From: Promethearchaeota archaeon
GTDB lineage: Archaea; Asgardarchaeota; Lokiarchaeia; Sigyniarchaeales; SOKP01
Direction of reading: 5' to 3'
Assembly (NCBI GenBank): GCA_019894975.1
Contig: JAGXNO010000046.1
Location: 1-25,968, forward strand
DNA: 25,968 bases
The notes beneath the pieces are model-generated. The model was given only the letters and a program-made list of their open reading frames with translations. It had not been told where the DNA came from and did not search any database. Shown here piece by piece: positions 17,350 through 25,155 of the stretch. Positions within the stretch are counted from its first letter, which is position 1. Each line of letters begins with the position of its first letter. The position numbers and the translations under genes were made by a program.

Positions 17350-18582
17350 ATGATTAGGAATATAGAAAAAGGAAATACTTTAATAATAAAAGGCCCCGCA
17401 AGAGTATCATTATTAGAAGGAGAATTGGATGTTCTTGGAAAGATTTTTCAATCGAAAAACGAGAATTCCTCATCAAATATACCTGATGGAGAAGATGAAA
17501 ATGTTTTAATAATACCGAGTGCCCAATGTTATCCCTTCTATGCGATTGATAACATTCAGCTAGAAATATACACTAGTAATGAAGAAAATCTGAAAGAAAT
17601 TGAAGAAAATTCAATTTCACCAACATGGGTAAAGATTAAAAATGAGCTTATAGCACAACTCAAAAAAGAGAGAGAAACTCCTTTAAAAATAATGGTATTA
17701 GGTTTTAGCAGCGGTAAAACTACCCTTATTAAATATTTAGCAAACAACTTTATTAAAGAAGGTTTAAAGGGAGGATATCTTGATTCTGATCTTGGACAAC
17801 AGATAATTTACATTCCAACTACTATAAATCTTGGAACAATAAAAGATTACATCATTTCGAGTGAAGATATTCAATCTGAAAATACATTATTTATCGGGGC
17901 GACATTTCCTAAAGGAGATTATAAATACATCGTTTCACTTTCATGTAGGAAAATGATTGATGACTATATTGCAGAAAATAAAGATGTTGATTTTGTGTTA
18001 ATTGATACTGATGGATGGATAAAGACAGAAGCAGGTATTGTATATAAGAGTTTTTTTATAAAAAGCGTAAATCCAGATGTTTTAATTGCTTTTCATAACG
18101 ACGAAATTGAGGAACTAAAGGAAATTGAGAAAAATGCTGCAAGTGAGAATAAACAGAGGAAAATCTATCTCATAGAAGGTGGAAATGAGCATTTCTATGA
18201 AAGAGATAAGGATGAAAGGAGATTTTTAAGACAAAGTCAATTTTCAAAAAAGTTTGAAGATTTTAGAAAGATTTCGATACCACTAAAGGAAATGAAATTT
18301 ATAAAAACTGATTATAATAAAGAAAATGAAGAAATTCTTGAACAGGAAGTAAATGTTAACGATCTAATAAATCTACCTTATCATTATGTTATAATTGGTT
18401 TATTAACAGAAGATTCAAAATTAATTGAAATTGGTCTTCTCTTTACCATAAATGCTGTTAAAAATTATATCTTACTTTATTCAAATATAAGTTATAAACA
18501 ACAACTTAAGGTAAAGAAAATTCTACTTGGGAGTCTTAGATTGTCCACAAAAGGTAATCACCAAGGTTATTTATATTTATAA
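17350..18582 (+). CDS. Clp1/Grc3/Nol9-family polynucleotide 5'-hydroxyl kinase with N-terminal beta domain
   Basis: TLIIKGPARVSLLEG..DVLG N-domain, GFSSGKTT P-loop, DSDLGQ, PTTI, IDTDGWI, ERRFLR lid, C-terminal GL...LIEIGL domain. Confidence 0.9.
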   Translation: MIRNIEKGNTLIIKGPARVSLLEGELDVLGKIFQSKNENSSSNIPDGEDENVLIIPSAQCYPFYAIDNIQLEIYTSNEENLKEIEENSISPTWVKIKNELIAQLKKERETPLKIMVLGFSSGKTTLIKYLANNFIKEGLKGGYLDSDLGQQIIYIPTTINLGTIKDYIISSEDIQSENTLFIGATFPKGDYKYIVSLSCRKMIDDYIAENKDVDFVLIDTDGWIKTEAGIVYKSFFIKSVNPDVLIAFHNDEIEELKEIEKNAASENKQRKIYLIEGGNEHFYERDKDERRFLRQSQFSKKFEDFRKISIPLKEMKFIKTDYNKENEEILEQEVNVNDLINLPYHYVIIGLLTEDSKLIEIGLLFTINAVKNYILLYSNISYKQQLKVKKILLGSLRLSTKGNHQGYLYL

Positions 18583-18690
18583 CCTAAGTACGAAAGGTAA
18601 TATCCAAAACTCAAAATTTATTATTCATATTTATTAGAAATATAAAATAAGCTTGTATTAGTTTTAGTATACAATAACTATCACTATTGA

Positions 18691-20139
18691 ATGGTTTATA
18701 TGGAAGAGGATTTACTCACAAAGTTTCTCAAATTAATGTCTTCCAAAATAAGTGCCTCTGACCTTGAATTGATCAAGCTTGGAACTTCATTAGGTTTAGA
18801 TTTAGTCTCTTTCGCAGAATTGAGGGCTTCACAGGAAGATTTTTTTGTGGATTTTATTAGAAACAAAGCATTAGAGAAAATGAAACGAAATGGTGATAAT
18901 TATCTTATTAATAATGATTTTTTTTACTCTGGCAGTATTGATTTTATGGTACTTGATGACCCCAAAGGAAAAGAGTTTTTTCTTTTAGAAACTAATGGAG
19001 GATCTCATAGAGGACTTTCAATTATTACAAAAAAACAGCAAGAATTACTATATACTGGATATATTGAAGCTATTTATCAAGCAATTAAGAAAAATGGAAG
19101 AAAGGATGGCAAAACTTTTGTATTAGTTGGGGTACCTGTAAATGATGCTTTAATTCATGAGAAGGTTATCATGATTGAATATTTTAGGAAAACTCTTAAA
19201 TCAGAAGGTTATCCCGTAAAAATATTCAACAGAGATAGTTTTGATATTAACTTTAATGCCAACATCATATTTCTCATTGCAGATTATAACCAACTTTCTA
19301 ACTGTCTCTCATATTCTGATAATTGGATTAAATTCAATGGTGAAAAAATAAGTGTCATAATAGGTGATGGGATTGCAAGACGCATAAGAAATGAAAGATT
19401 CCACCACCAAATAAAGGAAGATTTCCTGAGAATTAATACTATAATAATTAATCCTATTTTCAAGATTACTGATGATAAGTCGTTAACTTACCTAGCCAGT
19501 TTTCTTTGTAAAGACGTTTTAAAAAGGTATAATCTTAGATACTTACTATTTACAAAGGCTTTTGATGAGATGGAATTAATAGATAAATTAACCTATCTTT
19601 TAAAGAATTATAAAAAATCGTTTATTATAAAACCTAGTGGTGGTTCAGGTGGAGCAGGCGTATTTCCTATTTCTAAAAATGAAAATCCAGCTAATTTAAA
19701 AGGAATTATTGAAAAGAGTAAGAATGAATTTTTTAATAAATTCATGAAAAATCGTAATCCTTACCCTTACACAATACAAGAAAAAGCAGATTTCTCATTA
19801 ATCGATTGGAGAGGGGGAAAGCATACATTTGATTTGAGGATCTATTTAGCTCAAAATCATGGACGGATAATCCCGATAGGAGGTTTAGCAAGAATTGCAC
19901 GTGGAAAATTTTCAGAAGGATTACAGAAGGAAGAATTCGTTGTAAATTTATCAGGATATAATGGTCAAATTGAAGTGGAAAGAGGAATAGGTTTTTCGAA
20001 AGATAATAGTAGACTATTGAATTTAGGTGAAGAGGATTTTACTAACATGTTTTGTATAGGTTGTGTAATATTTGCAAATATTATTCGAAATTACCAGAAT
20101 ATTATAAATTTCTCACAATGGGATAAGATTTTAGAGTAA
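18691..20139 (+). CDS. Circularly permuted ATP-grasp ligase of unknown substrate
   Basis: Metal-binding motifs D84 (GSIDF) and E100-T-N102 lie N-terminal to DDK263, IIKP315SGGSGGAGV, IQE364, FDLR383, GGLAR401 and VVN419. Confidence 0.85.
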   Translation: MVYMEEDLLTKFLKLMSSKISASDLELIKLGTSLGLDLVSFAELRASQEDFFVDFIRNKALEKMKRNGDNYLINNDFFYSGSIDFMVLDDPKGKEFFLLETNGGSHRGLSIITKKQQELLYTGYIEAIYQAIKKNGRKDGKTFVLVGVPVNDALIHEKVIMIEYFRKTLKSEGYPVKIFNRDSFDINFNANIIFLIADYNQLSNCLSYSDNWIKFNGEKISVIIGDGIARRIRNERFHHQIKEDFLRINTIIINPIFKITDDKSLTYLASFLCKDVLKRYNLRYLLFTKAFDEMELIDKLTYLLKNYKKSFIIKPSGGSGGAGVFPISKNENPANLKGIIEKSKNEFFNKFMKNRNPYPYTIQEKADFSLIDWRGGKHTFDLRIYLAQNHGRIIPIGGLARIARGKFSEGLQKEEFVVNLSGYNGQIEVERGIGFSKDNSRLLNLGEEDFTNMFCIGCVIFANIIRNYQNIINFSQWDKILE

Positions 20140-20207
20140 TATGTGATGTAAAAAGAAAAAGAGAACATCCCAAAGAATTATTGACAGTTTTAAAAGAGAA
20201 AATTCTT

Positions 20208-20391
20208 CTATATATCTGGAACATGTAATTTTACTTCATTTATAAATACATTATTTAAGCAATGCAGATGATAATAAGAAGATCTCTTACCCCGGGAAAT
20301 TTCCATTTTTTATGTTCCCTAAAGTGAATTGGAATGTAAATTCTAAGTTTTCAGCTTCAATATTCCTACTGCAAATTTTACATTTAGCCAT
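20208..20391 (-). pseudogene. Small PARP-type zinc-finger gene interrupted by a +1 frameshift (recoding, pseudogene or assembly error); not in the ORF track
   Basis: Frame 0 from ATG 20391: MAKCKICSRNIEAENLEFTFQFTLGNIKNGNFPG, stop at TAA 20289-20287. The +1 frame continues KRSSYYHLHCLNNVFINEVKLHVPDI, stop at TAG 20210-20208. Joined, they give C-x2-C-x33-H-x2-C. Confidence 0.7.
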
Positions 20392-20486
20392 ATCAAAAAT
20401 AACCCCCTAAAAGCATCAGAGGGATATTAGGATCAAAATAATTAAACTCAACCAAATATACAGAGGTTTTTTATTTGAATAGATTT

Positions 20487-21494
20487 CTAAGGTTCTAAGA
20501 ATTTGAGAGATACTCCCAATAAAGCGCATTCGTTTTTCTTCTGAGAATGACCTCCTCTTCTTAACGTTATGGAGTTTTCTTCAGGACTCTCTAAGATTAA
20601 TTGATTTTCTTTAAAATTTTTATATTTAATCACTCTATCATTTTTGCAATGAATTAACATAACCCGTTTTGATAGTTCTTCCCACTGATCTTCTGACGCT
20701 CTATTTTTCGCATCTTTAATTATTAAATAAGGAGATAATTTCTTATTCTCTTCATTACTAGGAAATAACTTTACACCTTTTATTAAATAGCTAAAAACAA
20801 CTATTGGATTAAATCTAGGAATATTTTGTTTATAATATGACATAGAGGAAATTGCGATAATTTTATCTATATCTTTATTTTGAAATCCACCGCTTAATAT
20901 TGTTAATGCTCCAATACTAAACCCAATGCATTTAATTTTCAATTTGGAATAATCTTCTTTAGATTTTATCCATTTGAGTACTTCATTAAAATCTTCAATT
21001 CTTTTTAGAAAGTTACTCCTGTGACCTGTATTTTTAGATTTACCTGTTCCTCTTGCATCATATACTAAGACAATATAACCTTGATAGGCCAAAGGATAAT
21101 AATAATATTGAAGGCTTTCCATTGTATCTGAGAATCCATGACAAATTACGATAATCGAGTTTTTTAATTTTATTTTAGATTGATTTCTAGGTTTTATTAG
21201 TAATCCTGCTAAAGATCCATCTGGCACGTCTATCTTAATCTCAGATTCTTCTAATTCTACTGAGTAAAGCCCGATCCATCGATCAAACCATAGATCTCTT
21301 ATTGACCAATAGATTTCAAAGGGAGAATAAACGATCAAAAAGGTTGTAGTGGATAAAACGAAACATCTAGTAAAAGCAAAAGTGTAACATTGATTTCCCA
21401 AGGAAATATTTACTTCCCAAATAAACCAACTAAATAATGCATCTATAACAACTAATATTATACGCTTAATAGTGTTTGAAGGCAATCTACTCAA
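20487..21494 (-). CDS. Alpha/beta hydrolase with two N-terminal hydrophobic segments
   Basis: HGF oxyanion motif, YDARGTGKS, GFSIG nucleophile elbow, HCKNDRVI (Asp), GGH (His); hydrophobic stretches near aa 11-26 and 38-60. Confidence 0.9.
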   Translation of the reverse strand: MSRLPSNTIKRIILVVIDALFSWFIWEVNISLGNQCYTFAFTRCFVLSTTTFLIVYSPFEIYWSIRDLWFDRWIGLYSVELEESEIKIDVPDGSLAGLLIKPRNQSKIKLKNSIIVICHGFSDTMESLQYYYYPLAYQGYIVLVYDARGTGKSKNTGHRSNFLKRIEDFNEVLKWIKSKEDYSKLKIKCIGFSIGALTILSGGFQNKDIDKIIAISSMSYYKQNIPRFNPIVVFSYLIKGVKLFPSNEENKKLSPYLIIKDAKNRASEDQWEELSKRVMLIHCKNDRVIKYKNFKENQLILESPEENSITLRRGGHSQKKNECALLGVSLKFLEP

Positions 21495-21553
21495 CTAATA
21501 AAATGTGATCAAAAGTAAATTAAGTACTTGGTAAAAAAAATAAAAGATAGTTA

Positions 21554-21877
21554 TTATGGCTTCTTTGGTTTTGGGCACCCATGATCATGTGCAATTTTGC
21601 AATCGGGTTTACTTTTTAACCCCGGACAAGGTTTGCATTTAACGTCTCGCAACATTTTTACTACATCATCAACTTCCATGCCAAATTCTTCTTCTTCAGA
21701 CTCCTCTTCAATCATATCATCATCATCGGGGATTTCATAGATTACATCTTCTTCTAGATTATCTTTCCAATCTTCTAAATCTAAAATCTCATCCCCATCT
21801 TCATCAACTTTTCCGGTTGGAATTTCTAATTCTTCATCTTCGACAGGAGCATTCTTTTTTTTAGCCATGTTTATCAC
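21554..21877 (-). CDS. Highly acidic protein with C-terminal Cys/His metal-binding motif (likely start ATG 21868)
   Basis: 32 D/E among residues 13-71; C81-x2-C84-x8-C93-x3-H97-x3-C101; Lys-rich at both ends. Confidence 0.8.
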   Translation of the reverse strand: MINMAKKKNAPVEDEELEIPTGKVDEDGDEILDLEDWKDNLEEDVIYEIPDDDDMIEEESEEEEFGMEVDDVVKMLRDVKCKPCPGLKSKPDCKIAHDHGCPKPKKP

Positions 21878-22004
21878 TAATTTTAATCATTCATTTTTAC
21901 ATTTGAATTTTTTTGATATATAATATTTGCTAAAATTTAATTCCATTACATTTTAAATAAGCATAATTAAAAGGTATTTGGTTTAATTTTTACAGCATAT
22001 TTTA

Positions 22005-24116
22005 TTAACATAAATCATCACTTAATATTTGGTTTATTTGGCTCATTAGATCCTCATTATTGCCTATATTTTTTGAAAAACTCTTTATAGTATCTAATGT
22101 AGTATTCAATTCTTCTAAAGTGTATGTATCATATTTATTTATTTGATATCGAGGTAGTAGGTACTTAAATTGAAGTTCAACTGGCTTTATTTCTGAGTAT
22201 AAAAGGTCTCTCAGATTATCAAAATCTTTATTATGTTCCAAATATAGCTCATCTAAATAGAGGAGTTTTACCAAGGAGTTAGTCAAATTCATGAGAAAAT
22301 GCTGTAATGTAGAGATTTTGAGGTGATATTTTTCTTTAAGAAGGTTTAACTCTGATATTTCATGTATATGTTTAGAACAAAAATCATAATTTAACTGAGA
22401 AAATATTTGTAGATATTTTCCACATACCGATAAGGATAAAGGAAATTCTTGTGGGAGGGGTAATCTTTTTATAAAACTCCCATTAAATCTTAAATAGCCA
22501 CCTGCCATATGTAATGAGCTAAAAAGTGTTTTGAATATCTTATCCATTAACTTCGAATTCATTATAGCTAACAAACTAAAAAGATTATCTTGGGTAAAGG
22601 AGGGAATATTCACAAAATATAACCCCGTTACGTTTGTGTATATCCCGGGATCATAACTCCAAGTTAGTTCCTTAGCGATTTCCCTGAAAATTAAGTTTTG
22701 ATTCTTTAGTAACTTCCAATTTTTTTCAAATTCGTTGAGGTATTTGAAATAAGATATTCCAAATTTTTTTTTAGCAATTTTAATTGGCTTATCAAATTTT
22801 ACATGATATTTGCCAATATTCCCTGTTCCAATTAATAATAAATCCCTCTCCGAATTTGCATTTGTATCTATTTGATCAAGATGCCTAGACCAATTAATAA
22901 ACCCATAAGGTCTATAGATAATTTTAAAATCTTTGATCCTTTCTGCAAAAGTTTGATATTTACTGAATAGATAATCAATTAATTTTATTTGTCCAAAAAT
23001 GGGAAAAACAAATGTAGGAATTTTCTTCATCAATTCCTGAGGTAATAGTTGTGATTTCACATTACTATTTTCATTTATTTCATTTAAATCTGTATATGTT
23101 TTTATTCTGACTGTGTTATTTGCTTCAGGATGTGATTTTTTAAGAGTAATAATTATTGGATATACCGCAGTCTTACTGAAAACGGGAAGAGACGAGATAT
23201 TACTTATCTCTTTAAGTTCAGTATCAGTTACAAGTAATTCTCGTATACGAACCCCATAATCTGCTGATAAGAATTTATTTATTGTGATCATAGATAAATA
23301 TCCTTCTTCTTCTTTCAGTAATTCTAAAGCCTTTTCGATAAACAATATCGAGAGATCATATAGGCGAAAAGCAGATTTAAATCTTTTCTTTAACTTTTTC
23401 TTAAATTCAGAATTTTCTATTCTTTTATTTTCAACATAAGGGGGATTACCTATGATAACATCAAACTTTTCAGATTCATACTCCAGCAGAAAATCTAAAT
23501 TGAACAATTTGAATTTAATATCGAACATTTTAATCATTTGGTCTATTTTTTCCTGGTTTGAGTTTGTTATATCGATAGTTGGAAGATTATAGTTCGTAGA
23601 ACTTCCCGAAAATATCCAAGATATTAATCGCAATTTTGTTACAATGTAAGCAGGTTTCTCAATCTCAATACCATAGAGATTCTCTTGTACAATATTGAGT
23701 TTTGTTTGTAATTCGTCTAATCCAGGATTTAGGATTTTGGAAAATTGGTAAATAATAGTAGCAATGGAGATTAAAAATCTTCCAGAACCACATGCAGGAT
23801 CTAATACTTTAATATTTTTCAGTTTTTTAGCATAATCTGTTCTGAAGTTAGAGTGTTTGTATATTTTTTGCTGCAACAAGTTTAAAAGGGACGTGAAGTT
23901 AGTAGTTTTTGGTAAATTGAAAAAGTCTTCAAAATATAGTTGAAAAACATTCATTACTATGTGATCCACAATAAGCTTTGGAGTATAAATTACTCCTAAA
24001 TTCCTATTCTTAGAGTTCCCGTCAGTTTTTTGAATTTCAAAGTCTCTAATAGCCTGTTTTAAATGCTCTAAAAAGTCTTGGGATGGCAATTTTTCAAGTG
24101 GAAGGGATATATTCAA
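22005..24116 (-). CDS. N6-adenine DNA methyltransferase, gamma class (Eco57I/TaqI-like), solitary
   Basis: GVIYTP (motif X), LDPACGSGRF (I), LYGIEIE (II), FDVIIGNPPYV (IV), DLSILFIE (V), TaqI_C-like LLAIMNSKL...GGYLRF....IKRLPLP. Confidence 0.9.
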   Translation of the reverse strand: MNISLPLEKLPSQDFLEHLKQAIRDFEIQKTDGNSKNRNLGVIYTPKLIVDHIVMNVFQLYFEDFFNLPKTTNFTSLLNLLQQKIYKHSNFRTDYAKKLKNIKVLDPACGSGRFLISIATIIYQFSKILNPGLDELQTKLNIVQENLYGIEIEKPAYIVTKLRLISWIFSGSSTNYNLPTIDITNSNQEKIDQMIKMFDIKFKLFNLDFLLEYESEKFDVIIGNPPYVENKRIENSEFKKKLKKRFKSAFRLYDLSILFIEKALELLKEEEGYLSMITINKFLSADYGVRIRELLVTDTELKEISNISSLPVFSKTAVYPIIITLKKSHPEANNTVRIKTYTDLNEINENSNVKSQLLPQELMKKIPTFVFPIFGQIKLIDYLFSKYQTFAERIKDFKIIYRPYGFINWSRHLDQIDTNANSERDLLLIGTGNIGKYHVKFDKPIKIAKKKFGISYFKYLNEFEKNWKLLKNQNLIFREIAKELTWSYDPGIYTNVTGLYFVNIPSFTQDNLFSLLAIMNSKLMDKIFKTLFSSLHMAGGYLRFNGSFIKRLPLPQEFPLSLSVCGKYLQIFSQLNYDFCSKHIHEISELNLLKEKYHLKISTLQHFLMNLTNSLVKLLYLDELYLEHNKDFDNLRDLLYSEIKPVELQFKYLLPRYQINKYDTYTLEELNTTLDTIKSFSKNIGNNEDLMSQINQILSDDLC

Positions 24117-24245
24117 TTACAATTTTCAGTTAACTCTGTTTTTAATTTAGATTTCCTTATTAATAAAAATTATAGAAATAATAATAAAAATATGAAAAAA
24201 TTAAAAGCTGGAGATTTCTAATTTAATCAATGGAGGAGGAAAAAA

Positions 24246-25139
24246 TTGATTGAACGGACCTATTTGAAAGAATTGATTAATAATCCTCATTTATTATCTG
24301 AATTAGAATTTGGTAATATTTCAAGAATATTACAAACCGTTAAGAATCTCTTTGAAGAAGAGAATTTACTTTTGGATCTTAATTTGAATAATAAAAATAG
24401 GGAAATTTATGTAATAGGGGATATTCATGGGGATCTAAATACATTATTAAAAATAATCAAAATTGTAAAAGAGAAAAATCCAGAGCGGGTTATCTTTTTA
24501 GGAGATATTGTTGATCGTGGCCCTAAGCAGTTAGAATGTTTTTTGACGGTATTAATCTTAAAGATCCTCCATCCTCAAAAATACTATCTCCTGAAAGGAA
24601 ATCATGAAACGTTAGAAATAAATCAAATGTATGGATTTGTTCAGGATTTTAAGAGTAGGTTCAAAGATTTTGAAAAATTCAATGAAATATTAATGATTTA
24701 TAACGTGCTACCTATATGTGCATTAGTTAACAATTCAATCTTATGCTTACATGGGGGTATTCCTCAAGACGTTGAAATTTTAGATAAGTTAAAAAATATT
24801 AAAACTAAAGAATTAGACATATTTATCAATACCCTATCCCAAGATTTGACTCAAATTATGTGGAACGATCCTAAGTCAAATTTACAAGGTTTTTCTGAAA
24901 GTTTTAGGGGACCCGGGATTAAATTTTTTGGTGAAGATGTTTTTGAGACCTTTTTAAAGAAAAATAATCTTAAGTTTGTTATTAGATCACACGAACTTTT
25001 CCCAGAAGGATATCGCTGGTTTTTTCATAGACGTTTATTATCTATATTTTCTTCAGCAAATTATCGAGGACTAAATCCTGCCTACTATGCAGTAATAAAT
25101 AATGATGAACTATTCCCACAAATCTTAAATTTAGAGTGA
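24246..25139 (+). CDS. PPP-family Ser/Thr protein phosphatase, eukaryote-like
   Basis: GDIHG, GDIVDRG, LKGNHE, YGF, CLHGG, WNDP, RG.G..FG, IRSHE, IFSSANY. Confidence 0.95.
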   Translation: MIERTYLKELINNPHLLSELEFGNISRILQTVKNLFEEENLLLDLNLNNKNREIYVIGDIHGDLNTLLKIIKIVKEKNPERVIFLGDIVDRGPKQLECFLTVLILKILHPQKYYLLKGNHETLEINQMYGFVQDFKSRFKDFEKFNEILMIYNVLPICALVNNSILCLHGGIPQDVEILDKLKNIKTKELDIFINTLSQDLTQIMWNDPKSNLQGFSESFRGPGIKFFGEDVFETFLKKNNLKFVIRSHELFPEGYRWFFHRRLLSIFSSANYRGLNPAYYAVINNDELFPQILNLE

Positions 25140-25155
25140 TTTAAAACGATATCCT

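Noticed and set aside
10971-17747. ORFs 10971..11201, 12429..12620, 13564..13932, 14131..14379, 14581..15003, 14870..15076 and 17556..17747
   Set aside because: Antisense shadows of rpo3, rps9, aroA, aroC and the Clp1 gene.
18691-20139. ATP-grasp protein as the RNA ligase partner of the adjacent Clp1
   Set aside because: No KxDG adenylation motif of nucleic-acid ligases; the motifs are those of carboxylate-amine ligases.
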